64,000 bases of DNA from the human T2T-CHM13v2.0 reference genome, Homo sapiens (GCF_009914755.1 NC_060926.1); one strand, 5' to 3'. Positions 26,795 through 44,192 are shown, counted from the stretch's first letter. Translations and numbers: made by a program. The notes: generated by a model not told the origin, from the letters alone.

Positions 26795-28571
26795 GAAATT
26801 GAATAGCTACAGTTGAATTCATGTTTCAGTATTCCAAAATTTTAAAAAATCCTTGTGTGTTTTAAACAATGTAGATGTATTTGTGTAGTTGTGAATCTTT
26901 TAGAATTCTTAATGCATGCTTTTTCATGTAAAATTATTTTGAAAGTAAAATTTTTATTATAACAAGTATATATATAAAATTTAACTTCATCGTAGAATAG
27001 CTTGAAAATACAATTGAGCATGACACTCTACAAAAGAAAGCCTGCCTCATCCCATAACTGAGAAAAATCTTTGTTGATTGCCAGAACACATCTTTTAGTG
27101 TTTGGCTGTCACACACTCAGCAGATGCTGTCCTGCTTGGGAACTGTCATTTATCCTCCATTCCACTTGGGGCCCTGACTTCACAGGTGCCCTGCTCCAGG
27201 GCAAGCTCTTATTTTCTACTCATGTCACATTTCTTAAGACATCAACTCCATTCTGCTAATAAATGATGCTTATTTCTCCATTATAAAATAGATAAATGTG
27301 TTTTTTTTCTTTCTTTAATTTTAACACTTTTAAAAGGATGGCATAGCAGAATTATTTGGGTCTCAGTAGTGTTTTATTGTTGTTCTTTGTTTGTTTAAAT
27401 AAATTTAACTTCCAGGTTTTCTCAACCTAGCTTGGACAAATTCTACTAATGGTGCTATTTTTCTGCAATAGGCATTAGAACAAACTACCAAAGTGTACCT
27501 GGACATACCACTCATATATAACTCTAAAGTTAATTTCTGAGGCTGGCTAATGCTGCTAGATTTTCTCAGTGTAGAGCCATTGCACAGAGTTCTTGTGTCT
27601 GCTCACATTGATTTACATGATGTAATTTCTGAAATATGCACATATACATTTCTAAGTCCCAGACAGCTTATTTTATAAACAATGACATAAAATTATTCTA
27701 TGAAACCTATTTTTTACAAAATCAATGTAATAGTTATAGTCTAGTAAGGCTAATCAAATAAAAAGAAAGAAGATACAAATATATAGATGAAAAATAAAAT
27801 ATAACAAGTGTATTGACTTAAGTACTCAAGAGATTAGAAAAATTAAATAGTAATATATTATAGCCTATGCTAAAACTTAGAAAATATTGATAATATATAG
27901 ACTGATAGAACTACCCATGTTTACAGGAAGCCTGACTAAATCAATAACACTGAGGGAAGATAAAACAGTTGTTACAGAACTATTTCTCACTACAAATATA
28001 AGACTCTGGATTCAGACTTCTATTTCATAGGAAAGAAAAATCTTGTTACTTTTATTGTTCTAACACATAAATTAATTATGTTGTATTTCTTTTTATTAAT
28101 ATACTTTGTAGTTTAAGTATATCATATATAGATTTCTGACAGCTAATGCAATTTTTGAAACATCATTTAACTTTCCATCCATTACTTGGATATAAAATAA
28201 TTTAAATAGTACTTTGTAAGTTTTTTTCCTGTTTTTTATATTGCAATAACAGCAAAGCATTTACTACAAAAAAATGCTCATCTATATAATTCATTACGTA
28301 TCCTTGGAGTAAAAATTCAGGAGAAAGAAAAAAGCACATTTTATACTCTCACCCACGTAGTATGAAAAAACATGGTCATCTAGGATTTTAACACTCCTAC
28401 TCTCACCTTTGTAGGTTTTATTTATTCATTCTATTCATGACATAGATTCTTGTTCTTTCCTGATTTTATGCTTAATATTCATATGATGACTTTCCCATAT
28501 TTAATGTAACTTGAGTATATGTTCCTTGCCAAAATAATCACCTAAACAAAATCAATCTATATTTAAAATAT

Positions 28572-28738
28572 GATATGTGACTTGAAAAGTGCCTCTTCCC
28601 TCCACTCCTGTCCACCTAGAACCTCAGAATGTGATCATATATGGAAACAGGGTCTTTGCTGATGTAATTAGTTAAGGATCAAGATGAAATCACCCTGAAT
28701 TCAGAATGGACTCTAAATCCAGTCATTGGTGCCTTTTA
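28572..28738 (+). mobile_element. MLT1C-like LTR, 5' part only
   Basis: gaacctcagaatgtgatcatatatggaaacagggtctttgctgatgtaattagttaagg...taaatccagtcattggtgcctt. Confidence 0.8.
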
Positions 28739-28739
28739 T

Positions 28740-29089
<350 letters not shown>

Positions 29090-29784
29090 ACATTTTTACG
29101 TAAGTGTTAATTGCTACCCGAGAAGATTTTTTTTTAATTTAATTAGGTCTCATACTTTTCAGTAAAGTCACATTCAGGCATTTCATGTGAGAAATATACA
29201 TCTACTATTATCTATTATTTATGAAGTCAATTGATAAGCCTTTAGTGTTATATCCTTTAGAAAGAAGTTGTATGTTAAGTTGTAATGTACATTCTTTATT
29301 ATGCAAATTATTCCTATTTCTCTAAGAAGTTTGATCAGAAGTGTATGTAAATTTTATTAAATGTCTTCCTGGCATCTACCAAATGAATCACTAGGTATTA
29401 CAGTATTCATTCATGTTGTGGAAAAGTGTTTTTTAAAAACTAAAGATTTTTTTATTACTTAACCCTGCTTATAGGGAAAAATGATTGGAGAGAATTCAAT
29501 AATGAGTGGTTGAATATTTGGTATACACTGTTTTCTTCAACATCAAAATTGCACACTTTTCTACATACTTACAAAGAGGCTTTCTAAGAATTGTCTTATT
29601 ACAAGCCAGAACGAACTATATCTTGTATTATCTGGTGAGGCAGTTTGATGATATTTAAGTAGAAGAATGAGAGGCATGGTTACCATAATTACGGAATTTT
29701 CAAAGAAAAATTCATAAATGATGCTGACAAAGCAGCCTAGGGAGGAGGGATCAATCATTTGTTTGCTGAAATATCAATTACGCA

Positions 29785-30720
29785 AATTCTACATCCTGTC
29801 ATGAGGGAGAAAAGGGACTGATACTAACCTACCTTAAACAATTAAAAAAAAAAAAAAAACTAGACTAATCAATTAAATTATGGTTCCAGACATTGGACTA
29901 CAGACAGCACATGATCGGGATCCTTGGGAGAAAGAAGACAGAAAGGAGTCCCATATAGTTTCCCCCACTCACTTCCTAGGAGCAGTTTCCAAGCCACAGC
30001 AGAGAGAATGATAAACCAAACAAACTCAGGGTCTCTAGGTTGAAGACAAAAGATCAAGTTGTAGAGAGGCAGCTAGAATTTGCAGGCCAAAATACCTTAA
30101 GAAAGAGATGAAAAGAGAGTGAGTGAGTTAGAAGATCTGTAGATGGGTTCATTCCAGTCCTTTGCTGATTTTCAAGCTGCATGTTAAAGGAAAACTCAGC
30201 AGACAGCAGCAGGGAAGCATTCTTAAAATCCACAAGAGGTGAAGAGTTAGTTCCTTACACCAGAGTAAACAGAGCTCATCATATACGAGATCCAGTGTAC
30301 AGTTCTCAGAGGTTATTGCCTTAGTACTTAGTAATTTATAGGGGTGAGCTAGTCCCATACTAAAGACTGCGCTGGACATTTCCTAATATAGTTTGAAAGT
30401 AAGCCTTAAAAGAAATTTATTCAAAGTAAAATTATCTGTGTACCAGAACAAAGTTCAACACTATGTATGAAGTAAAAGAAAAAATTATCTCAAATGTGTG
30501 GGAAGGAGAGGGAGAACCTAATTCAATATGGTGTATAAAAAACTCATCTCAAATATAAAGGCACTAAAACAAGTTAAAAGTAAAATGATGAGAAAAGATA
30601 CGCTATGCAAAGTTTAATCAAAAGAAAGCTGTAGTGACTATATTAATATTGGAAAAACTAGAGTACAGAACAAGGAGTATACATATAACCAGAAAAAAAA
30701 ACGCATTATCAGAATAATTC
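29785..30720 (+). mobile_element. Old L1M (MC-like) 5' UTR and ORF2-start fragments
   Basis: cagacattggactacagacagcac...; aaaagtaaaatgatgagaaaagatacgctatgcaaa...aatcaaaagaaagctgtagtgactatattaatat. Confidence 0.65.
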
Positions 30721-30739
30721 ATGTTAAATGAAGGTTTTT

Positions 30740-32220
<1,481 letters not shown>

Positions 32221-32650
32221 ATCAAGACCATCTTACCTTTCCTTTTTAAAGCCAGATATGTAAATCTGGAATTAATATTTTTTATGTCTTCATTTATCAA
32301 TAATATTTGGTTGTTCTGTTTTTGAATCCTTGCATCACTTTTTAGTCCTTTATGGTAGATAAGGTAGCTAAGGTATGTTACACTTATCACTTCAAGGAAG
32401 GGCTGGATGATTAGAGTACAGGCAGAAAGAAAAAGAGGGCCAGATTTTAACTTTTTTATTTCCAAATGTCAGGACCTGGTAAAAGCAAAGTTTATGGAAG
32501 AATACATAATCAATAGCAAAAAGGTTCTTTCAATCCATATCATACAGTAACCAAAACTAAGATTCTATAGGTTCCAGAAAAAAATAGTTAGATAAATAAA
32601 AAGAGTTCATATACAGTTGGGCCCCTAAGAAGGGTGCTCTATCATGCATT

Positions 32651-34032
32651 ATTTATTTTAAAAATAAATGTAATTTTATATATTTAGGTATACAACAAGA
32701 TGTTATAGGATACATATAGATAGCAAAAAGGTTACTATAGTGAAGCAAATGAATATATTTATTGTCTCACATAGTTGCCCATTTTTTTTGTTGTTTTTAT
32801 GGTAAGAGCTGCTAAAATCTACTCATTTTGCATGCCACCCATTACAAAAAGGTCTAATATCCAGAATCTACAAACTTAAACAAATATACAAGAAAAAACA
32901 AACAACCCCATTAAAAAATTGGCAAAAAGACATGAACATATACTTCTCAAAAGAAGATATTTATGTGGCCAACAAACATGAAAAACAGCTTAACATCACT
33001 GATCCTTAGAGAAATGCAAATCAAAAACCACAATGAGATACCATCTCATGCCAGTCAGAATGGTAATTATTAAAAAGTCAAGAAACAACAGATGCTGGTG
33101 AGGCTGTGGAGAAATATGAGTGCTTTTACACTGTTAATAGGAATGTAAATTAGTTCAATTATTGTGGAAGATGGTGGGGCAATTCATAAAGTCCTAGGAA
33201 TAGGAATATTATTTGAGCCAAGAATCCCAAAGGAATATAAATCATTCTATTATAAAGACACATGCACACATACATTCATTGCAGCACTATTCACATTAGC
33301 AAATACATGGAATCCACCCAAATGCTCATCAATGATAGACTGGATAAAGAAAATGTGGTACAGGTATACCATGGAATACTATGCACCCTTGAAAAGGAAT
33401 GAGATCATGTCCTTTGCAGGGATATGGGTGGAGCTGGAAGTCACTATCCTCAGCAAATTAATGCAGGAACAGAAAACAAAACACCACATGTTCTCACTTA
33501 CAAGTGGGGGCTGAACAATGAGAATACATGGACACAGGGAGGGGAACAACACACTCTGGGGACTGTCAGGGGTGGGGTGTAGTGGGAGGGAAAGCATCAG
33601 GAAAAATAGCTAATGCATGCTGGTCTTAATACCTAGGGAATAATAACTATTACCTAGGTATTAGGTGATGTTATATAGGTAAACACTCACTTACCTATGC
33701 AACAAACCTGCACATCCTGCACATGTATCCCGGAACTTAAAATAAATAAAACAAAAATAAAGATATAAACATAGAACTAGCATATGACTTAGCAATCCAT
33801 CTTCTGAGGATATACCCAAAGGAAATTAAATTACCACCTAATAAAGATACCTGTCCTTCCATGTTCATGGTAGCATTATTCACAATAGCCAAGATATGAA
33901 GTCTCTGTCAATGGATAAGTGGATACATAAACCATGGAATATATATATATGCAATAAGATATTATTCAGTCCTAAAAAAAGAATGAGATCTTGCCATATG
34001 CCACAATGAGGATGAGCCTGAAAGACACTATC
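32651..34032 (-). mobile_element. L1MA with 5' inversion (3' end 32651-32840 on -, inverted part 33765-34032 on +), TSD ctatcatgcatt
   Basis: 12-bp TSD at 32639-32650 and 34033-34044 brackets both pieces. Confidence 0.8.
32845..33762 (+). mobile_element. L1PA8-13-like 3' fragment nested in the L1MA
   Basis: aggtctaatatccagaatctac...3' UTR...ggaacttaaaataaataaa; ORF 33164-33514 is the ORF2 C-terminus. Confidence 0.93.
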
Positions 34033-34511
34033 CTATCATGCATTTAACAGTGGCAGATACCCCAGTTAGTTTTTATAATACAAGAGCAGAGTTAAATATA
34101 TTCCTAATCTGAGGAAGAATTCAGAAACATGGTAAAACTGCTAAACGGAGCAGGAACAGCAAAACATCTGTATTTTTTTTTCAATTTTAAAAATAGATTT
34201 GGAGAAATCTAGTCAACTTCACTTTTTATATCATACTGATATAGCAGAATGTTTCCAGTATGCTTGAAGGTAATGTAAAAACAAAATATAAAACCAAGAT
34301 CCCTATCTCAAGATTTCCTTGAGAAAGGAAATAGTGACTGAATTATAGATGAAAATTAAGCAATAATTGTGGAAAAATAAAGACAACAGAGGTCAGACCC
34401 ATGTATCCTGTTGAGCAAGATCTGTGCCTATTTCTAATAAAAACACATGAAAAATCATTTATGATGTATTTTATTGTACTCATTGCATTTTTGACTAACT
34501 ACACACCCTAG

Positions 34512-34538
34512 ATTACGGTCGAGTACAGGCCATCTGAG
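34512..34538 (+). CDS. Candidate 27-nt internal microexon (ITVEYRPSE in phase 0); host gene not identified
   Basis: ...gactaactacacaccctAG|ATTACGGTCGAGTACAGGCCATCTGAG|GTaatt; length is a multiple of 3, two frames open, 2 CpGs, non-repeat flanks. Confidence 0.5.
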
Positions 34539-35843
34539 GTAATTCCCATGTCCCTTAATAGAATTCACATGTACGTTTATCATGGACTTTCAAAATTTCC
34601 CATGGATTGTGACGAAGCAGAGTTGCAAAAAGTGATACAACAGGATTTAGATATTTGACAGAGATGTGATAGTTGTCAGAAAGAAAGAAAACTGAGCAAA
34701 TGCATCCTTTCTGGAGTATGCTGATAAGATTAATCTGAAATCAGAGCTTCCTAAATTACTACAACCCTTCCAGTGAAGAGAAATAGACTTAGTTCTGCCT
34801 TCCTCAGCCAACAAAGCAAAGGAATGTTATTATCCCCAACAAACTGGCACAGCATTAATCTGTACTGAAAATTGTGACCTGAGGGTTGGCAGAAAAACTG
34901 TTTTAAACAGATAGAAGTGCATGCCCTGACGACCAGGAAATTCTAATTGTCAGTGCCTACTTGGAATAATTCTTGGACACACAGCTATATCTAAGGAAAG
35001 ATATCGAAGATGTTCATTGCAACACATTTTTTCCAACAGCTGGAAAAAACAAATTAAAACCAGTCCCCTTTAGAATAATAAATATATGTTTCCCTTTTTT
35101 CAATGGAACACCATATAGCAGCTACAATGAATAAATTCAAGCTACATGTATCAATGTGACTCTCTCCAAAAACATAATCTTGAATGAAAACATCAAGTCC
35201 TAGTGTGTCAAAATATATTTAAATTTTAGAAATAGAACATTTCTATAAAATTAAAAAGCACATATTAATCTTTTATGCAAATGCATAAATAAAAAAGAAA
35301 CAAAGGCAGACCAAAGAGCCCAAAGAGAAAGAGAAACACATATTTCAGTATATATCTTAGTACTCTCTTCTTTGAAATTACAAAATCGTATGTAATGTAA
35401 ATTTCAATCTGATAGAGCAGGAGCACCGTGATCTCAGACAAACACCACCACTTTAAATTCCAGCTCCCTTTCTAGCCTCATGCATTTCAAGTATATCATT
35501 TCTCTTCGAACTAAAAGCAGCCAGAAAGAGCAGACAGTAAAACACAGATAAAACAGCTTGGATACAGAGGGAGGTGGGCGGAAAGTCTCTTGAGTAACTG
35601 ACAAACTTCACTTTCATACAGTGGGCCCCAGTAAAACAGTGGGCCTTAACAAGCACATTCCTTTCCCTTCAGGTGCACTAAGATAGGGAGGCTAAAAGCA
35701 GACTCCGGGGGTACGCCTGCACCTGCAGAAAGATGTATGGGAACAGACACACAACTCTCCCTCCCATATAAGCACAACAAAGAGGCACAGAAGCAGTCCG
35801 AGCCTCTGATAAACTCTTCCACCCTGAATCCTTAAAAACTCTT

Positions 35844-36039
35844 GGGGAGCATCACACACCGGGGCTTGTCATGGGGTGGGGGGAGGGAGGAGGGATGGCA
35901 TTGGGAGATATGCCTAATGTAGATGACGGGTTGATGGGTGCAGCACACCAACATGGCACGTGTATACATATGTAACAAGCCTTCACATTGTGCACATGTA
36001 CCCTAGAACTTAAAGTATAATAATAATAATAAAAAAGAA
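35844..36039 (+). mobile_element. Very short L1PA5/6-like 3' end
   Basis: G-rich tract and ...ccctagaacttaaagtataataata; outer TSD aaaaactctt at 35834-35843 and 38033-38042. Confidence 0.95.
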
Positions 36040-38010
<1,971 letters not shown>

Positions 38011-38469
38011 AATAATAATAATAAAAAGAAAAAAAAACTCTTATTCTATAAGAGAATGTAGCTCTGACCTAACTTGGCCAGCTGCCCCTCTCAGGTTTAT
38101 TCAAAATAAACCTGTCACTGTTGACTGTCGAGCCGCCCTTCATGTTTCTCTCCTCTTTCTCTAATTGTTACATGGTCTATCGCATTATGCACTTTGTGAT
38201 ACCAAACCAAAATTAATATTTGAGGCTACATTCTACTAGAGTGGAACAAATTTAATCTTTAAATTTAAATGAGATGTGTTTTAGATTATGGCTACATCTA
38301 TGTCAACACCTTTATTTCTTTTCCTCACCATCTCCCAGTTAAACAGAGTTCTCCATTTGCTTAGTTCCTATAACATTTTTAGTTTTATCTTCTATTCTCA
38401 GAATGTCACAGAATATTTGAAATTTAAAAGGTGGTTAAACCTATTTTGAGAAAATATTGTAAGAATCTA

Positions 38470-38880
<411 letters not shown>

Positions 38881-41125
38881 TCAGGAGGAAAAAAATAAAT
38901 CAGATAAACTCTTTAACAAATGATAAATTTATTTATAAAATAAAGGAAAATTACATAACGGAAATGAAATAAGACAAATATATGTTGTTGTAATTTAGGA
39001 TCATTTAAAAGCAATTTAGTGAATATAAAATTCTGATTTTTACTCATCCTAAGACACATCTCCACAGCCAAATTTAGATTAAATTTGTAGATTTAGAAAT
39101 AATATTATATATGATAAAAGTATCACTTCATGTTTAAAAAGCAATTCTTTCGCCCTTTTTAAAAATTTTTGAAAGGAAATATTTTTTTTCATACTTCTGA
39201 TATTATGATCAATAAGGAAGGGTAAACTTTTCTAAAGGTGGAATTTTCATGCTTTATTGAAGGATAAGTGGAATTATATATGCATATATTTATGTATTCA
39301 CATAAAGGTTGAAGGCTCTTAACTTGTGACAAGGTATTTCTCACCACATTTATAAAGTTTATAAACGCTCATATTCTAAGTTGATATCTCTCCACTCTTA
39401 AGAAATGCTACTTCAATTAGATTTCTACCCATTTTTCTTAAACAAATGTTACTGATATCAGATTCTACCCTTTTTATCTCTTAAAACTACATTAATTCAA
39501 AATAATATTTTTAATAAATTTCAATTTTAAAAACTTTGTGTTTGAGATGTTGATTACCTGATTACCTGGTATTTTATTCTTATAAATAATTCATTTTAAC
39601 ATGTCAAATCTCTGTTGATATTTATGCAATTTCAATTTTTACAAATAAATACAATATAAACTTAAAACTTGCACACTTTTTAAATTTAATTATAATGTTA
39701 TTTTTAAAAAAATTTCCCTTAAGTCCAAGTTTATCATACTAATGCTTAAGTAAATTGTTCTTTGTTTGTTTTTTACATACTTCAAATATTAGAATTTCCA
39801 GAATCTGCTAATTTTTCTCATTAATCATGCTATTTCCAACTATCTTTATTAATCTTTGTCTTATGTTTTATTTCTCATATATGACTACATAATTATGTTA
39901 CATATTAGCCCATTATTTTCTTGATGATTTAATATGTGAATTCTAATATGTAACATATTAATATAATTAACATAATCTAACAGATTAATAGCACATACTA
40001 TATAATTTATATAACAATTATATATTAAATCTTTTATCCTATATATGTAATATATATAATTATTTTGGCAACGAATGGGAATAAAATGTAAAGCACTTAA
40101 TCCTATCTCCAGTAGTAAGTGAGGATTAAGTGGGGGAAGGCAGGCTTCATATTTCAAAGTTAAACACAAGAAGAAATCACAGAGGAAGCTCTTTTAAAGT
40201 GTTGAGTATTAACTTAGAGATCAGTAGTCATTAGAAAGCATAAGATAGATCTTTATGTGATAGAAATTTTCCAGAGAATTAAGGGATTTTGATTCTTTGC
40301 AGGATATATTTGCTTCTTCTGTAATTCTTACATATCTTATATTTTGATATGAAAATAGAATATTTATTTAAAATATACCAGTGCCAGATATTTTATGCAA
40401 TGGGAATAGTAACCAGTATAGTAGAAAGGGTATCTTGAGACATTTTTCCTGAACTTAGGAAAAATAGATAAATGGTTCTAATATAATGATTGCAATATAA
40501 GAGCAAATGTAAACAAAATTAAAAAGAAAATCAGAAGAAACTTTTATGTAGAATTATTTTAGGCGAGAGAAATTTGTAAAACAAATAGCAGAAAATTGCA
40601 CTGATTTTGAGAAAAGACACGCATCTTCAAGTAGATGGGGCCCATTATGCACCAACTACATGGTCATTTATTTTCACAAAATTCTTGGTTATTTCAATAT
40701 CCTTCTCTGTCGAAGTGCCCTACTCCATATTATCCCCTTACTTTGATGGCATTCCATAGATTTGCTCATATTCCTACAGACAAAAATTGCGATTGCAAGT
40801 GCCCCATTTTCTTTACAACAACTCCACCTCTCCACATCACTCCATCTTTCCATATTCATCCTATTACCTCAAAACCAACAATTCTCTGAGCTTCTCAGAA
40901 ACCACAAATTATTACTGCTACAGCTTTTTACTGAATTTTACTTTTCTTCTTTTTCACCCAACCCAGTATTAATTCATTGCTCCAGTAGTCTAGTATTTCA
41001 TTGTATATTCAGTCAACTTTTGTGCCCCTTTCTTGTTTTTTTATACTGCTTTGGGAGAAGCCAATATTCTGCCTGCCTTCTGCCTGGACCCCTGCTAGCA
41101 TATTTGTTTAAAGAAATGACTTTTA

Positions 41126-41510
41126 GGTTGCAGGTGGTGGCTCACACCTGTAATTTCAACACTTTGCACTTTAAGAGGCCAAAGCAGAAGGATTACTTGA
41201 GGCCAAGAGTTTGAAACCAGCCTGGGCAACGTAGTGAGAGATTGTGTCTCTATAAAAAATTAAAGAAAAAATAAATAGCTGGGCACGGTGCTGCACTGGT
41301 AGTCCCAGCTACTAAGAAGCCTGAGGCAGGAGGATGGCTTGAGCCCAGGATGTTTTGCCATTGCACTGCACTCCAGCCTCGGTGACAGAGTGAGACCCTG
41401 TCTCTATTTAAAAAAAAAAAAAAAGACAGAATGAAAAAGAAGAAAGCAAGAAAGCACAGAAAGCAAGAAAGCAAGCAAGTAAGCAAGCAAGAAAAAGAAA
41501 GAAAAAACAG
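41126..41510 (+). mobile_element. AluJ followed by A/G-rich tail expansion
   Basis: AluJ diagnostics: ggattacttgaggccaagagttt, ggatggcttgagcccagga. Confidence 0.92.
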
Positions 41511-41559
41511 AAGTTTATTTTCCACCCACACAACTCTGCTATAGGTTTGTCACTTTACC

Positions 41560-41790
41560 AGGGTATCTCACAACCAACCTACAATTCAGCATGCAGACTT
41601 AGCCCACTCTTTGATGGCACCATTTTAAAAGGTGGCTTCCATTGACTTCAGAGGAGAAATTACACATGCCTTTTCTACTCAGAGTCAGTTGGCAGAACAC
41701 ATCACATTGAGCCAACTAATTGCAAAAGTGCTTGGAAGAGTAACTTCTTTTTACTCAATAAAGAGAGATTTGACCATGAGTGTGCACAGA
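41560..41790 (-). mobile_element. Old MLT1-type LTR remnant (tentative)
   Basis: cagttggcagaacacatcacattgagccaactaattgcaaaagtgcttggaa. Confidence 0.4.
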
Positions 41791-42097
41791 AATAGTTTGC
41801 ATAGCACTTGCCTGTATTCATATTATATTTCCTTAGTCTAAACATTCTCTCATGACAAGTATTCTATACTTTCTTCTTTCTCCTCAACTATCTGACAAAT
41901 ACTTCTTAATTCTTACTTTCAACTATGTTTTTCTTTCTACAGAACATAGGATCAACTTAAAAACTCCACAAAAGCCCACAGTCACATCTCCATTTATGTG
42001 TGCTTGTATAAATAATTACCTTCATATTTGTTGCCATAATTGAAACTTTTATTCTTGTATATAGGATTAATGTAATATTTAAGCACTAGAACCCTTC

Positions 42098-44192
42098 TGA
42101 TAGGATTTGGCTGTGTTCCCACCCAAATCTCACCTTGAATTGTAATAATCCCCACAAGTCAAGGGCGGAGCCAGGTGAATGTAATTGAATCATGGTGGTG
42201 GTTTCCCCAATACTGTTCTCATGGTAATGAATAAGTCTCACAACATCTGATGGTTTCATAAGTGGAAGTTCCCCTGTACAATCTCTCTCACCAGCTGCCA
42301 CGTAAGACATGTCTTGCTTTCCTTTCCACCATGATTGTGAGGCCTCCCCAGGCATGTGAAACTGTGAGTCAATTAAACCTCTTTCCTTTACAAATTACCC
42401 AGTCTCGTATATGTCTTTGTTAGTAGCGTGAGAACAGACTAACACGGTAAATTTGTACCAGGACTGGGATCTAGGTACTTGTTTAATGGCTTTGACCAAA
42501 ATACTGATAGTGATATGGACAGTGAAGTCCAGGCTGAGGTGGTCTCGAATGGAAATGAGGAACTCATTGGAAACTGGAGTAAAAGTCACTTTTGCTGTGT
42601 TTAGCAGAGACTGGTGGCATTTTGCCCTACAGACCTGTGGAACTTTGGACTTGAGAGAGATGATTTAGAGTATCTGGCAGAAGAAATTTCTTAAGTGACA
42701 AAGCATTCAAGAGGAAACAGAGCATGAAAATTTGGAAAATTGCAGCCTGACAATGCAGTAGAAAAGAAAAGCCCATTTTCTGGAGAGAAATTCAAGCCAG
42801 CTGCAGAAATATGCCTAAGTACAGAGGAGACAAATGTTAATCATAAAGACAATGGGGAAAATGTCTCCAGGGCATGTCAGAGGACTTCATGGCAGCTACT
42901 CCCATCACAGGCCCAGAGGCCTGGGAGGAAATAATGAATTCCTGGGCCAGGTGCAGGGCCTTGCTTCTTTGTGCAGCCTTGGGACTTGGTGCCTTGTGTC
43001 CCAGCTGTGGCTAAAAGGGGTCAAGGTACATCCCAGGCTGTGGCTTCAGAGGATGCAAGCCCCAAGACTTGGCAGCCTCCACATGGTGTTAACCCTATGG
43101 GTGTATAGAAGTCAAAAATTGAGGTTTGCGAGCCTCCACCTAGATTTCCGAAGATGTACGGAAATGCCTGGGTGTGCAGGCAGAAGTGTGCTGAAGGGGC
43201 TGAGCCTTCATGGAGAACCTCTGCTAGGGCAATGCAGAAAGGAAATGTTGAGTGGAAGCACTGACACAGAGTCCCCACTGGGCACTGCCTAGTGGAGCTG
43301 TGAGAAGAGGGCCACAGGCCTCCAGATGCCAGAATGGTAGATCCACTGACAGCTTGCACCATGCACCTGGAAAAGTCACAGACAATGCCAGCCTGTGGAA
43401 GCAGCCAGGAGGGGGGCTGTACCCAGAAAAGCTACTGGGGTGGAGCTGACAAGACCATGGGAACCCATCTCACGCATCAGTGTTAACTGGATGTGAGACA
43501 TGAAATCAAAGGAGGTCATTTTGCACCTTTAAGATTTGACTGCCACATTGGATTTTAGATTTGCACAGGGCCTGTATCCCTCTGTTTTGGCCAATTTCTC
43601 CCATATGAAAAAGGTGTAGTTATCAGCTGCTTGTATCCCCACTGTATCTAGGAAGTAACTAACTTTCTTTTGATTTTACAGGCTAATAGACAGAAGGGAC
43701 TTGCCTCGTCTCAGATGAGACATTGGACTGTGACTTTTGTGTTAAGGCTGAAATGAGTTAAAATTGGGGGTCTGATGGTAAGGCATGATTGGTTTTAAAA
43801 TGTGAAAGCATGAGATTTGGGAGAAGCCAGGGCAGAATGCTATGGTTTGGCTGTGTCCCCACCTAAATCTCACCTTGAATTGTAATAATCCTCACCTGTC
43901 AAGGGCAGGACCAGGTAGAGATAATTGAATCATGGTGGCAGTTTCCCTCATACCGTTCTCATGGTGGTGAATAAGTCTCACAAGATCTGATGATTTTATA
44001 AGTGGGAGCTCCCCTGCACAAGCTCTCTTGCCTTCTGCCATGTAAGATGTGTCTTGCTTCCCCTTTGCCTTCTGCCATGATAATGAGGCCTCCCCAGGCA
44101 TGTGGAACTGTGAGTCAATTAAACCTCTTTCCTTTATAAATTAACTAGTTTTAAGTATGTCTTTATTAGCAGTATGAGAACAGACTAATGCA
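42098..44192 (+). mobile_element. Full-length THE1C MaLR: LTR 42098-42446, internal 42447-43837, LTR 43838-44192
   Basis: Two ~350-bp direct LTRs, THE1-int sequence between, 5-bp TSD ccttc/tcttc. Confidence 0.96.

Noticed and set aside
40635-41214. 150-aa ORF and overlapping ORFs
   Set aside because: Pyrimidine-rich, L/F/S-biased sequence running into an Alu; no recognisable domain or splice context.
42453-43449. Cluster of overlapping ORFs up to 152 aa
   Set aside because: All lie within the THE1 element; the GC-richer repeat sequence explains the open frames.
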